From positions 1 to 60,674 of the forward strand of contig JAGDXU010000003.1 of the NCBI GenBank assembly GCA_023269965.1: 60,674 nt of DNA. Reading direction: 5' to 3'. The translations under genes and the position numbers were made by a program. The stretch is from Candidatus Parvarchaeota archaeon. Lineage in GTDB: Archaea; Nanobdellota; Nanobdellia; Parvarchaeales; Parvarchaeaceae. This document shows, piece after piece, positions 45,739 to 56,441 of the stretch (positions within the stretch are counted from its first letter, which is position 1; each line of letters starts with the position of its first letter). The notes beneath the pieces were generated by a model. That model was given only the letters and a program-made list of their open reading frames with translations. It was not told the DNA's origin and did not search any database.

Positions 45739-45810
45739 CGCCCGAGACAGGATTCGAACCTGCAACACATTGGTTAACAGCCAATTGCTCTGCCGTTGAG
45801 CTACTCGGGC
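45739..45810 (-). tRNA. tRNA-Asn (anticodon GTT), no encoded CCA
   Basis: The minus strand reads GCCCGAG-TA-GCTCAACGGCAGAGC-A-ATTGG-CTGTTAA-CCAAT-GTGTT-GCAGG-TTCGAAT-CCTGT-CTCGGGC-G. Confidence 0.9.
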
Positions 45811-45811
45811 A

Positions 45812-47029
45812 TTACACTGGTTTCAATATGCTCTTTAACTTGCCATGTATAAATTTGTTTGCATCCTTGAACTGGTAGACCGAATCATAGATTATCCTGT
45901 CATCTGATAGGTATATATTCCTATGTTCTTTCAGGAACTTCGATAGATCATTGAAGTTAAGCCACACACTTGGCCCATAGACTTTCCTAAATTTTATTGA
46001 TGGGATATTGCCTATCTCTAACATCACCTTGATCTCCTTCTCTTTCTCTATGAGATTGTATGAATAAACTTCTATACCGTTCCTGGACAGATCCTCGACA
46101 ACGCTCTTCAGCTTACTTGATACTTTCGCAAGGTACACATCCCTTATTCCCTTTACACTTGACTTTGCTTCAAATATCCTTGTACCTCTAGATTTTGAGA
46201 TCTTCCTCATCTCTGCTTCCAGATTTTTGAGCTCGAAGAACCTCATGCTTGGCTTAAACATGAAGAGCTTAACTGCCAGCACAAACTTCGAGAGGTTCTC
46301 TAGACTCAAAGAACCGCAGACATTTCTTCTCTTGTTTGTAGGATCGATGATTATCAAATGATTATCCTTTGCACCTATGGCTTCTGCTGCTTCGCTTCTG
46401 CTCTTGTAGTACCCTTCAAGGTCTATGAACTCATTGTCCTTCCAGTTTAAAACTGAGTTAAATAGCCCACTTATACTTCCATACTTCAGTATAAGTAGCT
46501 CGAGAACATAGCCTGAAAAGCCATGCTTGTAAGTCTCAGAGCCATAGCAGTCATTTGCCTTGCAGAACCTCTTCAATATAACAATATCTTTCTTCTGAAC
46601 AGGGGAAGTATGGTTGTTAACGTAGTCTATATGAAGAACGGAAAAGTCTATGGAATTCTTAACTTCGTCTAATCTATCAAATTTTACCAGCGGGACAACC
46701 TCTACATTCACACCATCGATCCTGCCGACATAATACCTTCTTGTGCCCCTCTCAACTTGGAAATTCTTTGGAACTATCTGGCCCAGCAGACTTGTCTCAG
46801 CCTCTGACTTAAAGATCACAAAGATATCTATATCACTTTCCCCCTTTATCCAGGTACCTTTTGCAAACGACCCCGCAGTCTTTAACTCCGCCCCTATCTT
46901 TTTCTTTTCTAGGTTCTCCTCGAGCTTCGCTAGTATCTTTTCCTCTATGCTCTTCATCCTCCTGCTTTCAAAGAAGGACGGCACAAATCTCCTCCTGGCT
47001 TGGTTGAAAATCAAGTCTATCTTCTCCAT
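45812..47029 (-). CDS. cca: CCA-adding enzyme (archaeal class I tRNA nucleotidyltransferase)
   Basis: It has the GSFAKGTWIKGESDIDIFVIF nucleotidyltransferase motif. Length is ~405 aa. Confidence 0.88.
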   Translation of the reverse strand: MEKIDLIFNQARRRFVPSFFESRRMKSIEEKILAKLEENLEKKKIGAELKTAGSFAKGTWIKGESDIDIFVIFKSEAETSLLGQIVPKNFQVERGTRRYYVGRIDGVNVEVVPLVKFDRLDEVKNSIDFSVLHIDYVNNHTSPVQKKDIVILKRFCKANDCYGSETYKHGFSGYVLELLILKYGSISGLFNSVLNWKDNEFIDLEGYYKSRSEAAEAIGAKDNHLIIIDPTNKRRNVCGSLSLENLSKFVLAVKLFMFKPSMRFFELKNLEAEMRKISKSRGTRIFEAKSSVKGIRDVYLAKVSSKLKSVVEDLSRNGIEVYSYNLIEKEKEIKVMLEIGNIPSIKFRKVYGPSVWLNFNDLSKFLKEHRNIYLSDDRIIYDSVYQFKDANKFIHGKLKSILKPV

Positions 47030-47082
47030 AAAAACATATAACCTTCAAGATATATATTAGTATAAAATCATAGGTTAGGTTT

Positions 47083-49791
47083 ATGCCATTCGAGTTTCTG
47101 AGTGATAAGCTTCAAAAAACATTGAAAGAGCTTGGGTTCAGTGAGCCCACTGAGATACAGAGAGAAGCAATAAAGAAGATATCAGAGGGGAGAAGTGTCA
47201 TAATCAGTGCCCCCACCGGATACGGCAAGACTCTCTCCGCTTTCCTGCCCTTCATAGACAAGATAGATCCGTCTTCGAGGGGGATACAGATGCTCTACAT
47301 CACTCCGCTTAGGTCTCTAAATCGTGACATATTCAAGAATGTGATAGAGATAGGAAACAAACTAAGTATAGAGATAGACATAAGACACGGCGACACGAGC
47401 GCTTATGAAAGGGCAAACCAGGTCAGATTTCCGCCGCACTGCCTGATAATAACACCAGAGACTATGCAGTCGCTGTTCCTAAGCAAGAATATGGTTGAGA
47501 ACCTGAAAAACGTCAGGTTTGTGATAGTCGACGAGGTACAAAGTCTAATGGAGTCAAAGCGCGGGACTCAGCTAAGCGTTGGGCTCGAAAGACTTCGTAG
47601 GCTTACCTCCTTCCAGATAGTGGGGCTAAGCGCGACAATAGCAGACCTTGAGGAAACAAAGAGATACCTCAAGTGCACTGATTCTGTGCAGGCTACATCA
47701 ATCAAAGAGTATAAAATAGACGTGCTCTACCCTAAACTGGGCTCAGAGGAGGAAGAGATAGCCAAGGAGCAGTCAGTAAATGACATCGTCGCAAATGGAC
47801 TCAAGATAATAAGGGATACAGTCAAGGAATCTAAGTCCACACTTATATTCACAAACACTAGGGAGACCGCAGAGATGCTTGGCTCAAGGCTGAATCGATT
47901 CCTAAGCGACAGCAAGCTTGAAGTACACCATAGCTCTCTCTCAAAGGAGGTAAGAACAGACATAGAGAACAGATTCAAAGAGGGGAAGATAAATGTGGTC
48001 ATAGCGACCAGCTCGATGGAGCTGGGAATAGACATCGGGAACGTAGACATGGTCATCCAGTACATGTCGCCAAGGCAGGTGATAAAACTGATCCAGAGGG
48101 TCGGAAGATCTAACCACAACCAAACTGGCGTCTCTGAGGGGAAAATCCTCACCATAAATGTGGACGATTATCTAGAGAGCGAATCTATAAACTTAAATCG
48201 AAAAAATGGGATCCTTGAGAAGATAGACGTGCCAAGAAACAGCCTGGACATCCTATGCCATCAGATTGTTGGATGTGTAATCGATGGGATAGACAACAGA
48301 GATGAAATATTCAAATTAATAAAGGGCTCAACTGTATATTCATCGCTGGATAAGGAGGACTTTAAAAAAGCTGTAGAGTTCCTCATAGAGCACTTCATGC
48401 TTAGGGAGTACAATGGAAAGCTTGTGAGGACAAGGAGAGGCCTGATATTCTACATATCAAACATTTCCTCTATACCGGACACAAAGACATTCTTGGTGAT
48501 AGATAATCAGATGAATAAGAAGATAGGGACGCTCGATGAAGAATTCATAGCTGAGCACGGGACACCCAAGACGGCATTTGTAATGAAGGGGGAAACCTGG
48601 AAGATAGTGAATATAGAGGGGAGAAAGGTGAATGTGGTAAGGTCGGAAAGCTCGCTCGGGGCGATACCAGCTTGGGAGGGAGAGCTGATGCCGGTCCATA
48701 GGTTCGTGGCCGAGAAGGCAGCTGAACTTAGAAAGGAGTACGCGAGCAGATTCTCGGTGCTGAAGGAGCAAGACACAGACTTTATCATGCCTGACAGTAA
48801 AAATATCGTTATAGAGCGAGTTCAAGGATATGTGATAATACACTCGACATTTGGAAACAAGATCAATGAAGGCTTATCATACATTCTAAGTGAAGAACTG
48901 AGCAGCAAAATAGGGGAAAGTGTGCTGAGCAAGATAGATCCATATAGGATGATCATCAAAACTTTGCTGCCGCTAAATGAAATAAAGGAGATGATAGCGG
49001 GGATAAAGGATCCGGAGGAAGAGCTTCGAAACAATTTGCGCAAGACTTCACTTTATACTTACCGATTCATTAATGTAGCAAAGAGATTTGGAGTAATAAG
49101 CAGGGCCGCTGACTACACTAAACCTTACATAAGAAATCTCGTGGAAATATTGAAGGATACAATAGTCGACAAAGAAGTCTACAATGAGATCTTCAGAGAC
49201 AAGATAGATCTCGAGGGGGTAAAGGACGTAATAAGCAGGGTCAAAAAAGGGGAGATAAAGATACATATAAACGATGAAAACGCATCACCGCTCTCCTACG
49301 AGGGGCTGGAGGTTACATACGGTGGATCGATTGTAAGGCCCTCCGAAGCGAGAAAGACGCTTAGGGACCTTGTGAAGAGCAGGCTGAACGAGACAAGGCT
49401 CTACCTTCAGTGCTTGAACTGCGGCAACAGGATAGGGGAGCTGTATGCCTCTGATACTGATGACTTGAAATGTAAGAAATGCGGGGCAAAACTGATAACC
49501 TTCTATAAAACAAAGTACAAGGAGACATATGATCCTATAATAAAAAAATTCTTGAGGAAGAAGCCTCTGACAAAAACAGAGGGAAATATAATGGAAGGGA
49601 TAAAGCAGAATGCGGCCTTGTATTTGGCGTATGGGAAGAAGGCATGCATAGTCGGCTCTGCTTATGGTGTAGGGCCTAGAACTGCCAGCAGGATACTATC
49701 TATGTATGGTCGAGACGAGGACCTTATGATTGATAAGGTTATAGAGGCAGAGAAAAACTACATAGAAACAAAGGAATACTGGAACAATTAG
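47083..49791 (+). CDS. lhr: Lhr-type superfamily 2 helicase with a C-terminal zinc ribbon
   Basis: Motif I is APTGYGKT and motif II is VIVDEVQS (Q in place of H). HHSSLSKEVR is also present, with a long DEAD-associated C-terminal region and CLNCGN...CKKCGA. Confidence 0.8.
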   Translation: MPFEFLSDKLQKTLKELGFSEPTEIQREAIKKISEGRSVIISAPTGYGKTLSAFLPFIDKIDPSSRGIQMLYITPLRSLNRDIFKNVIEIGNKLSIEIDIRHGDTSAYERANQVRFPPHCLIITPETMQSLFLSKNMVENLKNVRFVIVDEVQSLMESKRGTQLSVGLERLRRLTSFQIVGLSATIADLEETKRYLKCTDSVQATSIKEYKIDVLYPKLGSEEEEIAKEQSVNDIVANGLKIIRDTVKESKSTLIFTNTRETAEMLGSRLNRFLSDSKLEVHHSSLSKEVRTDIENRFKEGKINVVIATSSMELGIDIGNVDMVIQYMSPRQVIKLIQRVGRSNHNQTGVSEGKILTINVDDYLESESINLNRKNGILEKIDVPRNSLDILCHQIVGCVIDGIDNRDEIFKLIKGSTVYSSLDKEDFKKAVEFLIEHFMLREYNGKLVRTRRGLIFYISNISSIPDTKTFLVIDNQMNKKIGTLDEEFIAEHGTPKTAFVMKGETWKIVNIEGRKVNVVRSESSLGAIPAWEGELMPVHRFVAEKAAELRKEYASRFSVLKEQDTDFIMPDSKNIVIERVQGYVIIHSTFGNKINEGLSYILSEELSSKIGESVLSKIDPYRMIIKTLLPLNEIKEMIAGIKDPEEELRNNLRKTSLYTYRFINVAKRFGVISRAADYTKPYIRNLVEILKDTIVDKEVYNEIFRDKIDLEGVKDVISRVKKGEIKIHINDENASPLSYEGLEVTYGGSIVRPSEARKTLRDLVKSRLNETRLYLQCLNCGNRIGELYASDTDDLKCKKCGAKLITFYKTKYKETYDPIIKKFLRKKPLTKTEGNIMEGIKQNAALYLAYGKKACIVGSAYGVGPRTASRILSMYGRDEDLMIDKVIEAEKNYIETKEYWNN

Positions 49792-49924
49792 ACAAGTTTT
49801 GCGTGTTTTCACTGAATATTCATCGGAAAAAGTCCAAAGATGTAAATAATTTGATATATATTACTACTATCTAGAACTTAAAAGAGTAAAACCATTACGA
49901 ATATAACTAAGTATACACATATAT

Positions 49925-51985
49925 ATGAATATGTCAATCGAAAAAATACTAAACCCAGAATCAATAGCTGTGATAGGCGCATCTAGGAATCCTAATAAAG
50001 TTGGAAGCGCGATACTTAAAAATATAAGGCTGACTTTCAGAGGAAAAATATTTGTAGTGAACCCCTTCGCAGAAGAGATACAGGGGATAAAGAGCTACAA
50101 ATCGATCACAAACATAAAGGATAGGATAGACGTTGCAGTCATATCGATACCAGCTGAAAAGGTACTGAAGGCACTTAAAGACTGCGAAAGGAAAAAGGTT
50201 AGCGCTGCGATCATAATAAGCGCCGGTTTCAAGGAGATCGGGAAGGCCGGAGAAAAGAGAGAGTCGGAACTTAAAGCATTTCTTAAAAACTCTAAGATAA
50301 AAGTGATAGGGCCAAACTGCCTAGGTGTGATAAACTTAGACCCGTTGGTCAATATGACTTTTGTGGATCCAAACACCAAGATTTTCAAAGGCACGACCGC
50401 ATTCATTTCACAAAGTGGGGCGCTGCTAAGCGCTATCGTAGACGACGCATCGGCAAACGATATAGGATTCAGCAAGATAATAAGCGTAGGGAATGCCGTA
50501 GACATAGACGAAGCAGATCTGATAGATTACCTTAGGGAAGACGAGAAGACAAAATCAATAGTCCTGTACTTGGAAGGGATAACAAACGGGGAAAAATTCA
50601 TGCGTAGCTTGAAGGAAGCCACGAAGAAAAAGCCGGTGATAATATTGAAGGGGGGAAGATCAAACAAAACATCCTCTGCAGTCATGTCGCATACAGGCTC
50701 CTTGGCCGGCGACTACAAAGCTTATGAACTTGCATTCGAAGACGCTGGTGCGATCACTGTGTCAAATGTGGACGATCTTTTCAATTTCATGAGAGACGCT
50801 TCAAAATTCGAGATTAAGACGGATGAGGTGATAGTGGTCACAAATGCTGGCGGAGGAGGGGTGATAACATCCGACCATATAAATGAGCAGGGGCTCAAAA
50901 TGGCTCAGATAGGTGATAAGACTGTGTCAGACTTGTCCAAGATTCTACCGCCTGAATCAAACCTGCATAATCCTATAGATATGCTCGGTGATGCCTCACC
51001 CGATAGATATAAGGATACGCTCAACGTTATCACTGAGCTTAACAAGCCGACTATAGTGATATTCTCACCTCAGGAGATGTCTATGCCGCTTGAAACAGCA
51101 AAGGTTATCTATGATATACAGAGCAAGAAACAGAATCTCCCGTTGCTCTCAGTTTTCTTGGGCGGCACAAACGTAGAGAAAGCCAGACGGTTCCTAATAG
51201 AAAGAGGCCTGCCGACCTATGAGTATCCAAACGAAGCAGTTGACATAATAAGTGGTCTCTATTTCTATTACTCCCATAGGTACCCATCATATGACAGGTA
51301 TAAGAAGGAAAAGGCAAAGGTAACAGCCTTCCAAGGCAAGAAAAACACGTTTGGAATGAACGCCAAAGTTGTATTTGACAGGGTAGGGATAAAAACGACA
51401 GCCGGCGTGGTTATCAACAAGGAAAGTGAGCTTAATAAAGCTACTGAAAAAATCGGTTACCCGTGTGTTTTGAAGATATCCTCAAATGATGTGGCACACA
51501 AGAACAAGATAGGTGGCGTCATAACCAACATAAAGGATTATTCTGAGCTAGAGAAAGCCTTCAAAAACTTGAGTCAGATAATAAAGGATGCAAGGTTGAA
51601 TGGCGCAAAACTTGAGCTTTATGAGGATGCGATCAATGGCAAGAGAAACCCGGTTGAAATACTCCTTGGAGGACACAGGGACCCTGTATTCGGGCCGATG
51701 ATCGCGATTGGAATAGGGGGAGTGCACGCGAACGAAATAGATGAAGTTGAATTTGTGCTCCCACAGATTTCAGATCAAAAGATAAATGAATTAAGTGGAA
51801 GCAAGGTTGGGAAACTTATAATTTCAGCTGGGGGAAACCAGGTATTCGATGAGATTGTAGGTTACGCTATAAAGCTAGGGAAGTTCATGGTAGCAAACAA
51901 AAACATAAAGGATATAGATCTAAACCCAGTGATAATAGCGGGAAACACCGCCATAGCAGCTGATTTCAAGATATTTGTTGAGTGA
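49925..51985 (+). CDS. acd: ADP-forming acetyl-CoA synthetase (fused alpha/beta, NDP-forming acyl-CoA synthetase family)
   Basis: It has an N-terminal CoA-binding domain (SIAVIGASRNPNKVG), a ligase-CoA domain (SQSGAL...MSHTGSLAG) and a C-terminal ATP-grasp domain. Length is 686 aa. Confidence 0.85.
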   Translation: MNMSIEKILNPESIAVIGASRNPNKVGSAILKNIRLTFRGKIFVVNPFAEEIQGIKSYKSITNIKDRIDVAVISIPAEKVLKALKDCERKKVSAAIIISAGFKEIGKAGEKRESELKAFLKNSKIKVIGPNCLGVINLDPLVNMTFVDPNTKIFKGTTAFISQSGALLSAIVDDASANDIGFSKIISVGNAVDIDEADLIDYLREDEKTKSIVLYLEGITNGEKFMRSLKEATKKKPVIILKGGRSNKTSSAVMSHTGSLAGDYKAYELAFEDAGAITVSNVDDLFNFMRDASKFEIKTDEVIVVTNAGGGGVITSDHINEQGLKMAQIGDKTVSDLSKILPPESNLHNPIDMLGDASPDRYKDTLNVITELNKPTIVIFSPQEMSMPLETAKVIYDIQSKKQNLPLLSVFLGGTNVEKARRFLIERGLPTYEYPNEAVDIISGLYFYYSHRYPSYDRYKKEKAKVTAFQGKKNTFGMNAKVVFDRVGIKTTAGVVINKESELNKATEKIGYPCVLKISSNDVAHKNKIGGVITNIKDYSELEKAFKNLSQIIKDARLNGAKLELYEDAINGKRNPVEILLGGHRDPVFGPMIAIGIGGVHANEIDEVEFVLPQISDQKINELSGSKVGKLIISAGGNQVFDEIVGYAIKLGKFMVANKNIKDIDLNPVIIAGNTAIAADFKIFVE

Positions 51986-52010
51986 TGTGCTTTCTATTTT
52001 GTAGAGAAAC

Positions 52011-53489
52011 CTACTTAACGTGGTTGAAGATATGCCCTCCATATTTGGGCTTGTAAACTATCTTCTCAAACTTCAAGTCTTCAATAGATCCTAATTTTAC
52101 ACCTATCTGCTTAGAAATCTCTAGGCTAGTGCTCGGCATAAATGGGTATATCAAAATGGAGAAAACCCTGATACCTTCAAGCAGATTGTAAAGTGTATCA
52201 CCCAGCTGCTTACCTCTAAGCTTCCATGGTTCTTTATCAGCTATGTATTTATTCAGAGACTTCACAAACTTCAACAGCTCCTCCAAAGCCTCGTAAAGCA
52301 TGAAGTTGTCCATCAAAGTCTCTATTTTTTCAATGTCTATCTGCTTAACAAGCTCATCGCCAGTCTCTTTGTATAATTCACCGTCTATCTCCTTGTAGAA
52401 TTTCTTGCACATAGATACCGTCCTTGAAATGAGGTTCCCTATGTTGGAGACGAGTTCACCGTTTATCTTTGAAATCAAAGCCTTTTCTGAGAAATCGCTG
52501 TCTTCCCCAAGCTTAGCGCTTCTTATAAGGAAATATCTTAATGCATCGGTAGAATACTTCTTCGCTATTTCAACCGGATCTACAACGTTTCCAAGGGATT
52601 TGCTCATCTTCTTCCCGTCTACTGTGAACCAGCCGTGCACCATCACTCTATTTGGAAGCTCCAGACCAGCAGACATGAGCAGAGCAGGCCAGATGACGGA
52701 ATGGAACCAGTTTATCTCCTTTCCTATAACATGAACGTCAGCAGGCCAGAAAAATTTGAAGTTCTTGCCATCCGGCCACCCCAGTGCGCTGATATAATTT
52801 GTGAGCGCATCCACCCAAACGTAGACAAAATGGCTCTTGTCAGGTCCGAATGGTATAGCCCATGAAACACTCTTTCTAGTGATATCTAAGTCTTTTACTT
52901 CTCCCTCAAGCCTGTTGGCCATCTCTGACATCCTAAAGTTTGGTATTATGAAATCCGGGTTCTCCTTGTAAAATTTCAATATCTTATCCTTGTACTTGCT
53001 AAGCTTAAAGAAATAAGCCTCCTCTTTCACTTTTTTAACTTCCCTACCACACATCGGGCATTTTCCATCAACAAGCTGTGAGTCTGTCAGAAAAGTCTCA
53101 TCAGGTACACAGTACCATCCTTCATACTCTCCTTTGTAGATATCACCTTTTTCATATATCCTATCTATGAACTTACCAACAGCTTCTTCATGCTCCTTGT
53201 CTGTAGTCCTTATGAATTTGTTGTATGAGATATCAAGAACTTTCCATGCTTCCTTGTATTTTTCAACGACTTCGTCCACAAACTGCTTTGGTTTTACGCC
53301 CCTCGCTTCAGCCGCCTTCTGTATCTTTTCACCGTGCTCATCTGTGCCGGTCAAGAAGAAAACATCGTCTCCTCTCAGTCTATGCCATCTAGCTAGGATA
53401 TCTGCTATTACAACGGTATACGCATGACCTATATGCGGCTTGTCATTCACGTAGAATATAGGTGTTGTGACGTAAAATTTTCCCATCAA
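52011..53489 (-). CDS. metG: Methionyl-tRNA synthetase (short form)
   Basis: It has the HIGH motif (PHIGHAYT), KMSKS, and a zinc knuckle CPMCG. Length is 492 aa, without a C-terminal appended domain. Confidence 0.92.
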   Translation of the reverse strand: MMGKFYVTTPIFYVNDKPHIGHAYTVVIADILARWHRLRGDDVFFLTGTDEHGEKIQKAAEARGVKPKQFVDEVVEKYKEAWKVLDISYNKFIRTTDKEHEEAVGKFIDRIYEKGDIYKGEYEGWYCVPDETFLTDSQLVDGKCPMCGREVKKVKEEAYFFKLSKYKDKILKFYKENPDFIIPNFRMSEMANRLEGEVKDLDITRKSVSWAIPFGPDKSHFVYVWVDALTNYISALGWPDGKNFKFFWPADVHVIGKEINWFHSVIWPALLMSAGLELPNRVMVHGWFTVDGKKMSKSLGNVVDPVEIAKKYSTDALRYFLIRSAKLGEDSDFSEKALISKINGELVSNIGNLISRTVSMCKKFYKEIDGELYKETGDELVKQIDIEKIETLMDNFMLYEALEELLKFVKSLNKYIADKEPWKLRGKQLGDTLYNLLEGIRVFSILIYPFMPSTSLEISKQIGVKLGSIEDLKFEKIVYKPKYGGHIFNHVK

Positions 53490-53583
53490 TAATCCTAATT
53501 TAGGACAAAATATAAACTTAACGCGATTTAGATAATAGACTTACGAGAGTAGCTCGATGGATCATTTCTCTTCTAGGGTAGAC

Positions 53584-54855
53584 TCACTGCTTTTTCACTA
53601 AGTCTATGCATCTGCCTGCGGCTATGGTGGAACCCATATCCCTTATAGCAAACCCTGCAAGTTGAGGGAACTCATCGCTCTTTTCGATTGAAAGAGGCTT
53701 AAGTGGCTCAAGCACTACTATTGCGGCATCTCCCTGCTTTATCGTCGCTGGATTCTCTTCTGCTGTCGCACCAGTCTTAGGATCAAGTCTTCTAAGTATC
53801 TTCTTTACTCTTACAGGGACTTGCGCTGTGTGAGTGTGAAGAACTGGGCTGTAACCTGCTGATATCGCCGTAGGGTGATAAAGAACGAGTATCTGAGCGG
53901 TAAACTCTGTTACCACAGTTGGAGGAGCAGAGACTGTTCCAACGACATCGCCTCTCTTTACCTGATCTTTCTCAATACCTCTTACGTTAAAGCCGATGTT
54001 ATCGCCCGGTATTGCCTGCTCAAGACTCTGATGGTGCATCTCTATCGACTTGACTTCTCCCTGCACGTGAGATGGTTCGAATATTATCTTATCCCCTGGC
54101 TTCATAACGCCGGTGACAACTTTCCCGACTGGGACTGTTCCTACACCCTGTATTGAGTATACATCCTCAACAGGAACTCTAAGTGGAAGATTGACTGGCC
54201 TTTCTGGTGTAGGCAGTGCATCTAGCGCCTCCAGAAGCGTTGGACCGGTGTACCAAGGCATCTTGTCGCTCTTCTTTGTTATGTTGACTCCCTCTTTTGA
54301 AGCAACAGGAATAACCAAGAAGCTGTCAGCGTTCGCATAGAGCGTCTTTGCCATCTTCAAGACTTCCTGCTTTACGGCATTGAATTTATTCTGATCGTAA
54401 CCTAGAAGATCCATCTTGTTTATGACTATCAAGAAATTCTTTATTCCGAATACTCTCGCGAGGTAGGTATGCTCCCTTGTCTGGGCCATTATACCTTCTT
54501 TTCCGTCCACTACAAGGACAGCTGCATCGGCCTCAGATGCACCTGTTATCATGTTCTTTATGAAGTCTACATGACCTGGTGCGTCAATTATCGTGAATTC
54601 ATACTTGCTTGTGTCAAACCTCTCATGACTAAGGTCTATCGTAACGCCTTTCTTCCTCTCTTCACCTGAGGTATCCAAGAAGTATGCAAACTCAAATTCT
54701 ACTTTACCTAAAGTAGCAAGCTCTTTCTCTATCTTAGCCTTATCCTGCTCGCTGAAGCTACCCGTCTCATAGAGTAGTCTTCCAACTGTAGTAGACTTCC
54801 CAGAGTCTACGTGTCCTATAAAGATAAGATTCATGTGCGGTTTTCCTTCTGCCAT
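53584..54855 (-). CDS. tuf: Translation elongation factor EF-1 alpha
   Basis: It carries GHVDSGKST, DAPGH and NKMD motifs. Length is 423 aa. An SD-like GGGGTGA lies just upstream. Confidence 0.95.
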   Translation of the reverse strand: MAEGKPHMNLIFIGHVDSGKSTTVGRLLYETGSFSEQDKAKIEKELATLGKVEFEFAYFLDTSGEERKKGVTIDLSHERFDTSKYEFTIIDAPGHVDFIKNMITGASEADAAVLVVDGKEGIMAQTREHTYLARVFGIKNFLIVINKMDLLGYDQNKFNAVKQEVLKMAKTLYANADSFLVIPVASKEGVNITKKSDKMPWYTGPTLLEALDALPTPERPVNLPLRVPVEDVYSIQGVGTVPVGKVVTGVMKPGDKIIFEPSHVQGEVKSIEMHHQSLEQAIPGDNIGFNVRGIEKDQVKRGDVVGTVSAPPTVVTEFTAQILVLYHPTAISAGYSPVLHTHTAQVPVRVKKILRRLDPKTGATAEENPATIKQGDAAIVVLEPLKPLSIEKSDEFPQLAGFAIRDMGSTIAAGRCIDLVKKQ

Positions 54856-54926
54856 ATTTCACCCCTATAACCAATTTAACACTGGTAATATGTATTCAAA
54901 TAGAATCATTTAGTATTTAAATATTT

Positions 54927-55448
54927 CTATCGTGCTCGTTCCTTGCCTATCGCACCGAATGCATAAAGCAGGATGACTATTAACAGGGGCACTTGGAAGA
55001 AAAAGAAGAGTGTATTCCAGGCTATCTCATACCTGAACTTTGAAAGGTAATTGTTGAATGCGCCAAAAAACATCCAAAAGTTTGCTGAACTTGCCGCTTC
55101 GTACACTATACCCAGCGAGATCGTCTTATACTTGTTTTTTCCCAGGAGTATTATGCACACTATGGAGAAAAGTTCGAGCAGGAAACCCAAAGTGTACCAT
55201 ATTATGCCCAGTGTGTAAAAATTTGAGTATAACAGAGGAAGTATTACAACTCTACGGATAGCAAAATCCTTGTTCCAATTCGCTACGCCGATAGCAAATG
55301 AGAAGAAAGCTATCAGCACATATTTCAAAGGATCCGGGATCTTGCTGATATATCGGTCTACTTTATCCCGTAGCTTTATGTGTCTCCTCAATGATTTAGT
55401 TCTGCTACCGACATGCGTCCGATTCAGCTGCATGACATAAAAAGTCAA
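54927..55448 (-). CDS. Hypothetical integral membrane protein
   Basis: It is 173 aa with a basic N-terminus followed by 4-5 hydrophobic segments. Confidence 0.55.
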   Translation of the reverse strand: MTFYVMQLNRTHVGSRTKSLRRHIKLRDKVDRYISKIPDPLKYVLIAFFSFAIGVANWNKDFAIRRVVILPLLYSNFYTLGIIWYTLGFLLELFSIVCIILLGKNKYKTISLGIVYEAASSANFWMFFGAFNNYLSKFRYEIAWNTLFFFFQVPLLIVILLYAFGAIGKERAR

Positions 55449-55454
55449 TTCTTA

Positions 55455-56441
55455 TTAATAAAATTTTACGATTATGCCACCAAATGAATTCAAAGTATAG
55501 AGAGACTCGTCTTGCTGGTTGAATATCACTATATCTGCTGAGGCCTTATCCAAAGCGGATACAAGGTCCTTATTTCGGCCTATGAAATCCTTTGAAACTA
55601 AAGCCTCCTCTGGGGGAACGGAACGGTTCAGTTTATCGTATATCTTTTCGATCCCATATACATATCTATTATCCCCAGACGAGATGCTCTTGATGTACTC
55701 ATCCATCTTCTTCTTCTGGTTAATTATAGAACGCTCCTTAAGTTTGTTGTTTATCACATCCTTCTCCATCAATTCCTTTAAGCCAGTATCAGCATACGAT
55801 ACAGTCTCATAGATGATACTGTCTATTCCTATCTTATCCTTGATCATTTCGTTGTATATCCCAACACCAGCAACTATGAATAGGTCCCAATCTTTTTTTG
55901 TTTCTTCCAGCAGTGCTTTCTCAAGTTTGTCGAAGAATAGCTCGCTCCCACTTGACTTGAATCTCTTCCCAGAAACGTTCTCTTTGATTTCACGCACCTT
56001 CCTTATCGAATAATTTGTCATAGAGTAGAATATCGCGTAGCCTGATTCGTAAACGCATACAAAAACCTTTGGGGAACGAAGGGAAGAGTTCTTTATAGCT
56101 TTTATCTGATAGTTGAGGAAACTCTTCTTCTGAAGCGTAAAAATGGTATCCAGTTCTATCGAGATAGTATGGTACCTATGTAAAGGGACATCTTCGTCCG
56201 AAGATTCGAATATTTTGCCAGATACGCTGAGAGATTCACCAGATAAGTCTACACGCTCTATGTCTATCCCCAGCCTCACGGTTTTTACCTCCTTCTCTTT
56301 GCCAAATTCTATCTTTCTCTTGGTTTGCGATACAATTTTATCGCCTGGCTCTATAACGTAACTTAAAACTACAAGATCTTCAATTGACTTGACTGAAGCT
56401 TTTAGAATACCCTCTGACGGCGAAAACTTGATTATTTTCAT
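55455..56441 (-). CDS. pelA: Pelota (Dom34) mRNA surveillance factor
   Basis: It is 328 aa. The N-terminus ...ASVKSIEDLVVLSYVIEPGDKIVSQTKRK and the three-domain eRF1-like layout support the call. Confidence 0.8.
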   Translation of the reverse strand: MKIIKFSPSEGILKASVKSIEDLVVLSYVIEPGDKIVSQTKRKIEFGKEKEVKTVRLGIDIERVDLSGESLSVSGKIFESSDEDVPLHRYHTISIELDTIFTLQKKSFLNYQIKAIKNSSLRSPKVFVCVYESGYAIFYSMTNYSIRKVREIKENVSGKRFKSSGSELFFDKLEKALLEETKKDWDLFIVAGVGIYNEMIKDKIGIDSIIYETVSYADTGLKELMEKDVINNKLKERSIINQKKKMDEYIKSISSGDNRYVYGIEKIYDKLNRSVPPEEALVSKDFIGRNKDLVSALDKASADIVIFNQQDESLYTLNSFGGIIVKFY

